From Acetobacteraceae bacterium (GTDB lineage Bacteria; Pseudomonadota; Alphaproteobacteria; Acetobacterales; Acetobacteraceae): 64,000 nt of DNA. The stretch is from contig JBGPND010000001.1 of NCBI GenBank assembly GCA_041487355.1, forward strand, positions 17,791 to 81,790. The letters run 5' to 3'. A model generated the notes under the pieces. The model saw only the letters and a list, made by a program, of their open reading frames with translations. It was not told where the DNA came from and did no database searches. Below, piece by piece: positions 37,017 to 45,787 of this stretch. The translations under genes and the position numbers were made by a program. Positions within the stretch are counted from its first letter, which is position 1, and the number at the start of each line of letters is the position of its first letter.

Positions 37017-37925
37017 TCAGCCCTTGCCGAGCTGCGTCCCGGCCAACCTCTCGCAAAGTTTAGCCATCTCGGTGTGATCGGCATCCGAACCGAACATCGC
37101 CTGCGCCGCCGCCACCATCTCCTTGCACAGCGCGGAAAGCGGCGCGGGCGTGTCGGTCTCGCGGCCGACCTGCAAGGCGATCGACAGGTCCTTCGCCAGC
37201 AGCCCCATGGTGAAGCCGGCGTTGAATTTGCGTGACAGCACGAACTGCTTGAACTTCTTCTGCGTCGAGTTGTTCATCCCGGTCGCGGCGTTCAGCACAT
37301 CCACCATCACCGCGGGATCCAGCCCGAAGCGCTGGCCGATCAGCAGCGCCTCGATGCCGATCAGGAAGCCGCCGGCGGACACCAGGTTGTTCAGCGCCTT
37401 CATCGCCTGGCCCGATCCGACCGCGCCGGTCCGCAGCACCGACGTGCCCATCGCCGACAGGACCGGCAGCACCGAATCGATGATCGTGGAATCGCCACCC
37501 ACCATGATCGCCAGCTCGCCGGTCTTCGCCCGCGGCACGCCGCCCGACACCGGCGCGTCGATCATGTGACCGCCGAGCTCCATCACCCGCTCGGCCAGCA
37601 CCTGCGTCACCGACGGCACGCCGGAGCTCATCTCGATCACCACGGTGCCTGGCTTCATCCCGGCCAGCACGCTGTCGTCGCCGGTTGCCAGAACGTTTTC
37701 CACGATGGTGCTGGTCGGCAGCATGGTGATCACCACGTCCGATGCGGCGGCCAGTTGCCGCAGGCTGTCCGGCGCGTCGCCGCCGATCTGCTGCACGAAG
37801 TTGTTCGCCACCTCGCGGCGTGCATCGTTCACGTGCACGGTGAAGCCGGCCTTCACCAGACAGGCCGCCATCGGCCAGCCCATGTTGCCGACCCCGACGA
37901 AACCGACGCTTGGCTTGTCCGCCAT
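37017..37925 (-). CDS. NAD(P)-dependent oxidoreductase, 3-hydroxyisobutyrate dehydrogenase family
   Basis: VGFVGVGNMGWPMAACL Rossmann motif; 302 aa; typical HIBADH length and C-terminal domain. Confidence 0.88.
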   Translation of the reverse strand: MADKPSVGFVGVGNMGWPMAACLVKAGFTVHVNDARREVANNFVQQIGGDAPDSLRQLAAASDVVITMLPTSTIVENVLATGDDSVLAGMKPGTVVIEMSSGVPSVTQVLAERVMELGGHMIDAPVSGGVPRAKTGELAIMVGGDSTIIDSVLPVLSAMGTSVLRTGAVGSGQAMKALNNLVSAGGFLIGIEALLIGQRFGLDPAVMVDVLNAATGMNNSTQKKFKQFVLSRKFNAGFTMGLLAKDLSIALQVGRETDTPAPLSALCKEMVAAAQAMFGSDADHTEMAKLCERLAGTQLGKG

Positions 37926-38023
37926 CAGTCACTGCCTTTCGCGCTGTCGGGCGGACGGTAGAGATTGCCAGCCACGCGGGCAAGCTGTTGACTTGTCACA
38001 GGCACGCAAGGGGAAACGCGAAC

Positions 38024-38815
38024 ATGGCAATCACCTATGAGGTTCTGGCGCTGCGCTACGGCATCTTCGACGGCCGTATGCAGTTCCAGAACTACATCAT
38101 CCCGGACGATCACGCGGCACCCGATCCGCTGGATTTCTACGTCTTTGCCATTCGCGGCAACGGGCGGACGATCGTCATGGACACCGGCTTCAATCCGGTC
38201 TCGGCGAAGCGGCGCGGTCGCGAACTGCTGCGCACGCCGGCCGATGCATTGCTGCAGGCCGGCATCGACCCGGCCGAGGTGCGGGATGTCGTGCTGACCC
38301 ATATGCACTGGGACCATGCGGGCGGCATGGAATACTTCCCCAAGGCGACGTTCCACTTGCAGGCCGCCGAGATGGCGTATTGCACTGGTCCCTGCATGTG
38401 CCAGCCGTTCCTGCGCCGCCCGTTCGATATCGACGATGTGCAGAGCGCGGTGCGCGCGCTGTATACGGATCGGCTGCGCTTCCATGACGGCACGGCGGAG
38501 ATCGCACCGGGCATCACGCTGCACCTGATCGGCGGGCACTCCGGCGGCATCCAGTCGATCCGTGTGCCGACCGAGCGCGGCTGGGTAGTGCTGGCGGGCG
38601 ATGCCACGCATCTCTGGGGCAACATCCGCAAGCGGATGCCGTTCCCGGTGGTGGTGGACGTGGCACGCATGCTGAAGGGCTTCGAGATCCTGGAGAGCCT
38701 GGCCGACGGTCCGGACCACATCATCCCCGGCCACGACCCGCTGATCCTGAAGCGTTTTCCCCCGGTGGCCGGCTATCCCGACACGGTGCGCCTCGATCTG
38801 CCGCCGATCGCCTGA
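38024..38815 (+). CDS. MBL-fold metallo-hydrolase (family often annotated as N-acyl-homoserine lactonase)
   Basis: I chose ATG 38024. THMHWDHAGG (HxHxDH) and a later ...GHSGG.../...GHD... are present; 263 aa. I cannot assign a substrate. Confidence 0.8.
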   Translation: MAITYEVLALRYGIFDGRMQFQNYIIPDDHAAPDPLDFYVFAIRGNGRTIVMDTGFNPVSAKRRGRELLRTPADALLQAGIDPAEVRDVVLTHMHWDHAGGMEYFPKATFHLQAAEMAYCTGPCMCQPFLRRPFDIDDVQSAVRALYTDRLRFHDGTAEIAPGITLHLIGGHSGGIQSIRVPTERGWVVLAGDATHLWGNIRKRMPFPVVVDVARMLKGFEILESLADGPDHIIPGHDPLILKRFPPVAGYPDTVRLDLPPIA

Positions 38816-39116
38816 GCAGGAGCGCGCGGCCTCACCATCCCGATTCGTTCAGGCCGTGCGACCTACCACCTGTCGGCTGACATCGACACCGATCGCGGCG
38901 GTCTGGCGCGCGAGATCTCGGCAACGAATGCCGCGCTGACCGAGATCGAAGCGCAGACCGTGCCGCAGGCGACAGCAGCATCAGCGACCGGCGTGCGCGT
39001 GCTGTTCGGCAACATGGCGCGCCGTCTGACCGCCGCGACTTGGTGGCGCGCGGCAGCCGTGGCAACGACAGCAAGACACCTCGCGCGCGGGTAGGCCGGG
39101 TCAATATCTTGATAGG

Positions 39117-39275
39117 ATGCCCGCACGTAGAGCGCGGGCGGGCAAAATTCTTGGCCCGCGCGGCGGATTGTGCGCGCTCGGCGGCACCACAAGATGTAGT
39201 TTGATCGGCGCGCGGCTGACCGAGATAACGCGCAGCTACAACGTCAGTCACAGCACGATTTCAAGGCTCGCGCCG
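39117..39275 (+). pseudogene. remnant of a serine recombinase/resolvase C-terminal HTH
   Basis: ...GARLTEITRSYNVSHSTISRL... resembles the C-terminal HTH of resolvase/invertase proteins. No catalytic domain lies upstream. It sits at the edge of the AT-rich islet. Confidence 0.35.
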
Positions 39276-39279
39276 CCGC

Positions 39280-40245
39280 TCAAGGGCGGCGGGGCTCCTG
39301 GCGGAATCGTTCAAAGAAAGACGGCTCCGGGACGAGTATTTTTTGTTCAATCAAGCCAATCAGATATCTTTCACAAATCTCTAGTATTCGGTCAAGATCG
39401 ACGAGTTCTATTTCGACTCTTCCGAGCGCCCTCGCTTCTCGCTTTGCGTCTTCGGAGAATGTCGTCGTCGTGAAGAAAATCCCTTTGGCAATGTTGCCGC
39501 CCATGGCTCCACGAAAACGCTGGATCTCTTCCGAGGACACCTTGCGGCCCGAGCCGTCGAACTTCTTTGCTTGGAAGGCTATTGGCTGGGAAACGAATTC
39601 ATTGATCCGCAAACGCCCGTTCCCATCTATGCCGCCATCTTTGGCATAGCGCGTTGTTTGAACATCCTCCACTCCGACGCGGGCCAGCAATTCAGAACAG
39701 AACTCCTCGAAACCGGCGGGAGTCATGCCGGCAATAAGTTTGACGAGAGCAGGCCGGTGATCGCTGTAAGGCGACGTTTGCGGCGAAGGCGCAATGGCCT
39801 CGTCCTCGTCGTCTTTTATGATAGGTTCCTTTTCAGACGAGGATTCCGCCGCCGCCCCGGTCTCTCCACCGGCCTTGGCAAGCGTTTTCATTTCCTGAAC
39901 GCGATGAAAAATTGAGTCGATGTCGGGTCCGTCAAGGTGAGCATCTTTGCCCTTGTCGGTAACTCGCCAGTTGCCGTGGGAGGGAGAGTCGAGATAGCCG
40001 GTTTGAACGAGGTAGGAGCGTGCCCAAGCTATCTGGTTTTCAAATTTCACCGAACCGGATTTCAGCGTGGCTGTTCGATCCTCTTCGGACAAATTCAGCT
40101 TTTGGGCGATCGCATCATAGATTTCTCTAGGCCGTGCTTGGTCGCCCTTTTCGCGCAGTGCGTCCAGCAGTGGGTTCATGAACCGGAGGAACTCGGATTC
40201 GTATTTCGGAGGCGTCTTGACGCCGGGGAATTCGGATAAAGGCAT
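39280..40245 (-). CDS. mrr: Mrr-type restriction endonuclease (Mrr_N winged helix + Mrr catalytic domain)
   Basis: 321 aa. The N-terminus ...FMNPLLDALREKGDQARPREIYDAIAQKL...NQIAWARSYLVQTGYLD is Mrr_N-like. The C-terminus ...GFEEFCSELLARVG...KDGGIDGNGRL......IAFQAKKF carries a D..QxK nuclease core. The region is very AT-rich (23/60 G+C in line 39361-39420). Confidence 0.8.
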   Translation of the reverse strand: MPLSEFPGVKTPPKYESEFLRFMNPLLDALREKGDQARPREIYDAIAQKLNLSEEDRTATLKSGSVKFENQIAWARSYLVQTGYLDSPSHGNWRVTDKGKDAHLDGPDIDSIFHRVQEMKTLAKAGGETGAAAESSSEKEPIIKDDEDEAIAPSPQTSPYSDHRPALVKLIAGMTPAGFEEFCSELLARVGVEDVQTTRYAKDGGIDGNGRLRINEFVSQPIAFQAKKFDGSGRKVSSEEIQRFRGAMGGNIAKGIFFTTTTFSEDAKREARALGRVEIELVDLDRILEICERYLIGLIEQKILVPEPSFFERFRQEPRRP

Positions 40246-40584
40246 ACCGTTTCAACCCTTGCGAGAGAGCCTGCCGAGCTTCGCTGGGCAGGCTCTCCAT
40301 TCCCTTGACGGTCATCGCCGTCGCCGGCTGCACCGTGGGGGCAGAATAGCACAGGGAAATTTCCTTGTGGAAATATCCCGGGGAGCGCGAGGGGCTGGCC
40401 CCTCGCATGGTGCGACTGGCTCTATCCCGATACGATGCGCCTCAATCTGCCGCAGATCGCTCCAAGATAATCGCCTCGCACGTGCGGCGACGCGTCGGCG
40501 CGATGCCGATCTCTCCCGCCTCCTCGCTATAGTCTGAATTGCGATCACCTCGTGCCTCCAACTCGGCACCGTCAGCGTGACCGC

Positions 40585-40986
40585 TTACGAGAGCGCCAGG
40601 TAATTGGCTGGCCGGAGGATCATCACGCCCCGCCACGGGTGCATATTCAGCAGATGCCTGTCGCTTGAGACGATGATCGAAGCCCCGGACGCGACCGCCA
40701 GTTCGAGGTACTTGTTGTCGCTCGGGTCGGGGCAATCGATAACGCTTGTGTCGGGTTCAGCCCAAATCGCCGCTGCGCTCAGAAGTTCGAGGATCTTCTG
40801 CTGTCGATCCAGCGGCAGCGCATCAGCAAATTTTGATCTGCCCAGAACTTCGCGTATCTCATCGTAGACGGCGCTGCTGAGAGCCATCGTATCCCGCTCG
40901 CGAGCAGCCTGAAGCGCACGCATCGGTGTGCTGTCTTCCTTGAGTGCAGCGCCAACGACCGAGGAAGCGTCGAAAATGACGATCAA
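40585..40986 (-). CDS. PIN-domain toxin (type II TA)
   Basis: TTG start directly after the antitoxin stop. (M)IVIFDASSVVGAAL...D..I..E......DNKYLELAVASGASIIVSSDRHLL are PIN acidic residues; 133 aa. Confidence 0.8.
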   Translation of the reverse strand: MIVIFDASSVVGAALKEDSTPMRALQAARERDTMALSSAVYDEIREVLGRSKFADALPLDRQQKILELLSAAAIWAEPDTSVIDCPDPSDNKYLELAVASGASIIVSSDRHLLNMHPWRGVMILRPANYLALS

Positions 40987-41226
40987 TCAGCGCTGCCGCT
41001 CGGCTCGGTACGCTTCCAGTTCGTCGTCGATGTCCTTGTCCGTGAGTCCCGCCTCGCGAGCGGCGCGCCTCGTCGCCTCCAAGACAGTGACAAGGGGGTC
41101 GTCGCCCCGAACCGGGCGTACCATCCGGTCAACCAGCCGGCCAATCGCCTGTATCCGCCGGGAATCGCCGAGAGCGCGTGCGGTCTCGGGTTCGACGGGA
41201 ATTTCGACTTTGACGACCTCGTTCAT
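40987..41226 (-). CDS. putative antitoxin of the PIN toxin
   Basis: 79 aa (MNEVVKVEIPVEPETARALGD...LTDKDIDDELEAYRAERQR). GAGGAA lies just upstream, and an alternative ATG is at 41247. The rest of the 211-aa ORF runs through a REP and is not credible. Confidence 0.65.
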   Translation of the reverse strand: MNEVVKVEIPVEPETARALGDSRRIQAIGRLVDRMVRPVRGDDPLVTVLEATRRAAREAGLTDKDIDDELEAYRAERQR

Positions 41227-41300
41227 GAGTTCCTCGGTGCCGAACATCGGTGTTCGAACCCAGTTTACCAGGGTTGACTGGCAGCAACCAACAATCAAGA

Positions 41301-41356
41301 GGTCGGTGCTCACCGGGATCGAGATTGCTTCGTCGCTTTGCTCCTCGCAATGACAG
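41301..41356. repeat. truncated REP, family A (loop plus right arm only)
   Basis: ggtcggtgctcaccgggatcgagattgcttcgtcgctttgctcctcgcaatgacag. The left arm TGTCATTGCGAG... is missing, replaced by islet sequence. Confidence 0.85.
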
Positions 41357-41419
41357 TGGCGCGCGGCCAACAACCAGCATTCACTTCCCTTTCGCGCCCC
41401 ACCCGGCCACCCTTGCGCA

Positions 41420-43813
41420 ATGCGCGCATTTCTCCGAAGCCTCCGCCGCCTGCTGACCGGGCTTGGCATCGCCGTGCTGCTGCTGGCCGCGGTCGCCACC
41501 GGCATCCTCTGGCTCACCCTGCCGCCGCGCTCGCAGCAGGCGCACATTCCCGGCCTGTCCGGCCCGGTGGATATCGGCTTCGACTCCGACGGCATCCCGC
41601 GCATCCGTGCCGCCTCGGCCACCGACGCCGCCGCGGCACTCGGCTTCGTGCATGCACGCGACCGGATGTTCCAGATGGAGCTGATGCGGCGCGCCGCCTC
41701 CGGGCGGCTGTCGGAGATCGCCGGGCCGGCGACGCTCGGCTACGACCGCACCATGCGCACGCTCGGCTTGCGCCAGCGGGCGGTGGAGGCGTACCCAACT
41801 CTTCCAGCCGATACCCGCACCTTGCTGGAGGCCTACGCGAGGGGTGTGAACACCTGGATCGCGGCACGCGGCCGGTTCAGCGCGGTGGAGTTCCTCGTCC
41901 TCGGCACGCCCGAGCCCTGGGAGCCGGTGGACAGCCTGCTCTGGGGCGAGACGATGGGACTGTGGCTGTCGTTCAACTGGCGCACGGAACTGTCGCGTCT
42001 TTCGCTGTCCGGCCGGGTGCCGCAACAGACGATCGACGAGCTGTGGCCATCGGCGGAGGGCGCCGGCCGGCCGGAAGCTGCACTGGTCCCGCCCGAAGGG
42101 GAGCCTGCCCCCGCCCCCGGACTTGATCCGGGGGTTGACCCGGGGGCCGCCGGCCCACTTGCCGCCGTGCTGCCCCGTTTCCCGGAGCCTTACACACTCC
42201 CGGGTTCGGCTTCGAACGCATGGGCGGTGGACGGGCGCCACACAGCGACCGGCGCGCCGCTGCTCGCCGGCGACCCGCACTTGGCGTTCGGCTTCCCCGG
42301 CATCTGGTATCTCGCCCGGATCGAGACGCCGGACGGCGTGCTGGCCGGCGCCACCGCACCTGGCGTGCCATTCCTGGTGTTCGGCCATAACGGCCACATC
42401 GCCTGGACCTTCACCACCACCGGTGCCGACGTCCAGGACGTGTTCATCGAAACGCCGGCAGGCGAGGGCCAATACCAGACGCCGGATGGGCCGCGTCCCT
42501 TCACGGTCCGCGAGGAACGCATCAAGCTGCGCGGCGAGCCCGACCAGGTGCTGACGGTACGCGAGACACGCCACGGCCCGGTGATCAGCGACCTGACGGG
42601 TGGCGGCGGCCCGATCCTGGCGGTCGCCATGGCCAATCTGGCCCCAGGCAACAGCACCGCCGCGGCCGGCCTGCATGCGCTCAACCAGGCGCAGGACGTC
42701 GAGGCCGCCGGCAAGGCAGCCGTCCTGATCACCGCTCCAGTGCAGAACCTGCTGGTCGCGGACCGCCAGCGCATAGCTCTGCATGTCACCGGCCGTGTGC
42801 CGATCCGGCACGCGGGCGACGGCTCGGCCCCAGTGCCGGGCGACGGCTCACATGACTGGACCGGCTGGGCATCGGGCGACCAGCTACCCCACATCATCGC
42901 CCCCGCGAGCGGGCGGCTGGTCAATGCCAATGACCGCATTGCGCCGCCTGATTTCCCGGTATTCCTTGGCCGGGACTGGTTCGGCGACTGGCGCTCCCGC
43001 CGGATCCGGGAATTGCTGGACCGGTCGGGCCGCCATACGGCGGACGACTTCGCACGGATGCAGGTGGATGTGCAGTCGGTCTTCGCGCGCCAGATCCTTC
43101 CCGTTCTGCTGACAGTGCCGCACAGCGAGGGCCTGACAGGCCGGGCCCAGGCACTGCTCAAGGATTGGGACGGCAGCATGACAATGGACGCGCCGCAGCC
43201 GCTGATCTTCAACGCCTGGGTGCACCATTTCTACGGCCTGGTGCTGCAACGGGCCGGCATCGGCCCGAGCGACGGCGGCCCGCTGGCGGAATTCGTCGCC
43301 TATCTGCTGTCCCCCAAGCCTGCCCCCGCCCCCGGACTTGATCCGGGGGTTGATCCGGGGGGCGCGCACTGGTGCGGCGGCGACACCACCGCCACACTGA
43401 AGGCAGCGCTCGCCGAAGCGGTGCGCGACCTGGCCATGCGCTTCGGCGACGACCCGGCACAATGGCACTGGGGCGAGGCGCACCAGACAGTGTTCGCCCA
43501 CCCGATGCTGCGCAGCCTGCCCATCCTCGGGCCGCTCAGCACGTTCAGCATCCCGAGCCCCGGCGACGACACCACGATCGATCGCGGCGGTCCCGCATAC
43601 AACCAGTTCCAATCGGTGCATGGAGCGGAGTATCGAGGCGTGTATGATCTCGCCGATCTCGACCGCTCGCTGTTCATCGTGGCCCCCGGCCAGTCCGGCA
43701 ACCCGCTCAGCCGGCATGCAAGCGACTTCCTTGCCCGCTGGCGCGATGGCGCGACGATCACGCTCGGCCCGACGCCTGACGCAACCACCGCAACCATTCG
43801 GCTGACCCCATGA
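41420..43813 (+). CDS. penicillin acylase family protein (Ntn-hydrolase; acyl-homoserine-lactone acylase-like)
   Basis: 797 aa with an N-terminal TM/signal. ...FVHARDRMFQMELMRR... is present, and the nucleophile context is ...GSASNAWAVDGRHTATGAPLLAGDPHL... It contains two in-frame REP copies (42103-42146 and 43318-43361). Confidence 0.88.
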   Translation: MRAFLRSLRRLLTGLGIAVLLLAAVATGILWLTLPPRSQQAHIPGLSGPVDIGFDSDGIPRIRAASATDAAAALGFVHARDRMFQMELMRRAASGRLSEIAGPATLGYDRTMRTLGLRQRAVEAYPTLPADTRTLLEAYARGVNTWIAARGRFSAVEFLVLGTPEPWEPVDSLLWGETMGLWLSFNWRTELSRLSLSGRVPQQTIDELWPSAEGAGRPEAALVPPEGEPAPAPGLDPGVDPGAAGPLAAVLPRFPEPYTLPGSASNAWAVDGRHTATGAPLLAGDPHLAFGFPGIWYLARIETPDGVLAGATAPGVPFLVFGHNGHIAWTFTTTGADVQDVFIETPAGEGQYQTPDGPRPFTVREERIKLRGEPDQVLTVRETRHGPVISDLTGGGGPILAVAMANLAPGNSTAAAGLHALNQAQDVEAAGKAAVLITAPVQNLLVADRQRIALHVTGRVPIRHAGDGSAPVPGDGSHDWTGWASGDQLPHIIAPASGRLVNANDRIAPPDFPVFLGRDWFGDWRSRRIRELLDRSGRHTADDFARMQVDVQSVFARQILPVLLTVPHSEGLTGRAQALLKDWDGSMTMDAPQPLIFNAWVHHFYGLVLQRAGIGPSDGGPLAEFVAYLLSPKPAPAPGLDPGVDPGGAHWCGGDTTATLKAALAEAVRDLAMRFGDDPAQWHWGEAHQTVFAHPMLRSLPILGPLSTFSIPSPGDDTTIDRGGPAYNQFQSVHGAEYRGVYDLADLDRSLFIVAPGQSGNPLSRHASDFLARWRDGATITLGPTPDATTATIRLTP
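42103..42146. repeat. REP family D copy 1 (inside the acylase CDS)
   Basis: gcctgcccccgcccccggacttgatccgggggttgacccggggg includes the hairpin ccccgga-cttga-tccgggg and translates as PAPAPGLDPGVDPG. Confidence 0.9.
43318..43361. repeat. REP family D copy 2 (inside the acylase CDS)
   Basis: gcctgcccccgcccccggacttgatccgggggttgatccggggg differs from copy 1 by one substitution. It has the same codon phase relative to ATG 41420 (offset 2 mod 3). Confidence 0.9.
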
Positions 43814-44307
43814 TCTACCGCATGAACCCGATCGACGAGGACTGGCTGACCGAAGGCGTGCTGACCCGCCGCGTGTTCGCCTGGCTGATCGACGTGCTGC
43901 TGATCGCGCTGATCTTCCTGGCGCTGTGGCTCACCCTGGTGCTGTTCGGCCTTCTGACGCTGGGCCTCGGCCTGCCGCTGCTCGGCATCCTGCCCTTGGT
44001 GCCGTTCTGCTACCACATGCTGTTCCTGGCAGGCCCCGCCTCGGCCACGCCGGGCCAGTCGGCACTCGGCCTGATCGTCCGCCGCAACGACGACTTTGGC
44101 CGCCCGACGCCAGTGCAGGCGGTGGTGTCCACGCTGCTGTTCTATGTCACGCTGGCCACCAGCGGGCTGCTGCTGCTGATCGCGCTGTTCACCGTGCGCC
44201 GGCGCACCCTGCACGACCTGGTGAGCGGCCTCGTCGTGGTGCGCGCACGGGCGTTGACCCGGGGGCTCGGCTCCTGGAACATGCAAGGCGGATCGCCCTA
44301 CGCATGA
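43810..44307 (+). CDS. RDD family membrane protein
   Basis: ...LTRRVFAWLIDVLLIALIF... then 3 TM segments and ...TLHDLVSGLVVV; 165 aa. The start overlaps the acylase stop. Confidence 0.8.
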   Translation: MIYRMNPIDEDWLTEGVLTRRVFAWLIDVLLIALIFLALWLTLVLFGLLTLGLGLPLLGILPLVPFCYHMLFLAGPASATPGQSALGLIVRRNDDFGRPTPVQAVVSTLLFYVTLATSGLLLLIALFTVRRRTLHDLVSGLVVVRARALTRGLGSWNMQGGSPYA

Positions 44308-45092
44308 CCTACAAACCCCCGCGCCGGCCGCAGTTCTTCTACACGACGGCCCCCCTACCCTGCCCCTATGTGGCGGGACGGACCGAGCGCAAGGTCGTCA
44401 CCGAGATTACCGGCCCCGACGCTGACGGGCTGCACGACCGGCTGTCGCGCGCCGGGTTCCGCCGCAGCCACAACATCGCCTATGCGCCGGTCTGCCCGTC
44501 CTGCCAGGCCTGCGTGCCGATCCGCATCCCGGTCGCCAGCTTCCAGCCCGACCGCACGCTGCGCCGCATCGTCCGCGCCAATGCGCTGCTGGAGGGGTTC
44601 GAGGTTCCGTCGCGCGCCACGGCAGAGCAGTTCCAGCTCTTCCAGCGCTACCAGCAGGCGCGCCACGGCGATGGCGACATGGCGACCATGAGCTTCTACG
44701 ACTACCGCGCCATGGTGGAGGACACGCCGATCGAGACCTTCATCGTGGAGTACCGCGATCCCGATGACCGCATGGTTGGCGCATGCCTGGCTGACAAGCT
44801 GGGGGACGGTCTGTCAGCGGTCTACAGCTTCTTCGCGCCGGGGCTGGAGAAGCGCTCGCTCGGCACCTATACGATCCTGTGGCTGATCGAGCGCGCGCGG
44901 TCGCTGGGGCTGCCGTATGTGTATCTGGGCTACTGGGTGCCCGAGAGTCGGAAGATGGCGTACAAGTCGCGCTTCCGCCCATCGGAGGTTCTGGCCGGTG
45001 GCTCCTGGCGGATGCTGACCGACGCCGATCTCTCTGGCGAGGCCGACGCGACCGTCCCGCGTGCGACACTGGTGCCGGAATCGGCGAACTGA
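44304..45092 (+). CDS. bpt: arginyl/leucyl-tRNA--protein transferase (Bpt/Ate family)
   Basis: ATG 44304 overlaps the RDD stop. ...FYTTAPLPCPYVAGRTERK...FRRSHNIAYAPVCPSCQAC...YVYLGYWV... are present. Confidence 0.9.
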   Translation: MTYKPPRRPQFFYTTAPLPCPYVAGRTERKVVTEITGPDADGLHDRLSRAGFRRSHNIAYAPVCPSCQACVPIRIPVASFQPDRTLRRIVRANALLEGFEVPSRATAEQFQLFQRYQQARHGDGDMATMSFYDYRAMVEDTPIETFIVEYRDPDDRMVGACLADKLGDGLSAVYSFFAPGLEKRSLGTYTILWLIERARSLGLPYVYLGYWVPESRKMAYKSRFRPSEVLAGGSWRMLTDADLSGEADATVPRATLVPESAN

Positions 45093-45113
45093 GGCGGCTG
45101 GTCGATTAGCTGA

Positions 45114-45228
45114 GTAGGGCGGAAAAGCGCAGCGCATTCCGCCATAGCCTCATGCCGGACTGGCGACGCGGCGCGACGCGTTCCGAGAAGATGCAAGAGG
45201 CGGAATGCGCTGCGCTTTTCCGCCCTAC
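45114..45228. repeat. palindromic REP, family B
   Basis: It has the same perfect 30-nt arms as 8325-8397, separated here by 55 nt. Confidence 0.9.
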
Positions 45229-45390
45229 GGTCGCTACGCTCGCCACGCGATGACGCACCGGAAGGCCGCGCCGGGAAAATGCCGGGCTTTTTCGGCCAAA
45301 ACCGCCGAACCGTCTCTCCTGTATCCGAACGAACGTCGCTTCATCTAGGTTTCTGTCACGGCCCAACCAAGAGCCGAAACAACAAACCTG

Positions 45391-45687
45391 GTGGAGACGA
45401 AAATGACCTCCTCAGCCGCACACATCTCCCGCCGCAACCGGATCCTGGCCACCTGCGCCGTCCTTGGCCTCGCCACGATCGGCATCGCCGCCGCGCCGAA
45501 GCCCGCCAATGCCTGGTGGCACCACTACGGCTACGGCTGGGGTGGCGGCGTCTATGTGCCCCCTGTCGTCGTCGTCGCGCCGCCGCCGGCCTACTACGCC
45601 CCGCCGGCCTACTACGCGCCGCCCGCCCGTCCCTGGATCCCGGCCCACTGGGAGTACGGCTACCGGGTGCCCGGCCACTGGGGCTGA
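45391..45687 (+). CDS. small exported Pro/Tyr/Trp-rich protein (WXXGXW/YXWGXW-like C-terminus)
   Basis: Signal-like ...ILATCAVLGLATIGIAAAPKPANA, then WWHHYGYGWGGG, PPAYYAPPAYYAPP and WIPAHWEYGYRVPGHWG. An alternative ATG lies at 45403. Confidence 0.55.
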   Translation: METKMTSSAAHISRRNRILATCAVLGLATIGIAAAPKPANAWWHHYGYGWGGGVYVPPVVVVAPPPAYYAPPAYYAPPARPWIPAHWEYGYRVPGHWG

Positions 45688-45787
45688 AACCTGTGATCTG
45701 GCTCATATGGGCCACTCGGATTTCGCACCAGAGTGGCCCCCGCCGGCGAAGCACGACGTAACGCTTCGCCACAGCTAAGGAGAAGCG

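Noticed and set aside
38832-39251. 139-aa minus-strand ORF and other ORFs in the left part of the islet.
   Set aside because: The translation is Arg/Ala-rich, with no start context and no motif. The region fits better as decayed sequence next to the resolvase-like fragment.
40246-40584. ORFs 40312-40569(-), 40178-40537(+) and 40127-40408(-) in the gap between the PIN gene and mrr.
   Set aside because: They are mutually overlapping, Arg-rich and lack an RBS or motifs. The gap is reported only as unexplained sequence within the islet finding.
38024-43813. The idea that the MBL hydrolase (AHL-lactonase-like) and the penicillin-acylase-family protein (AHL-acylase-like) form a quorum-quenching locus.
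   Set aside because: Both assignments are at family level only. The genes are separated by a horizontally acquired islet and are not co-oriented as an operon. No luxI/luxR is in the window.
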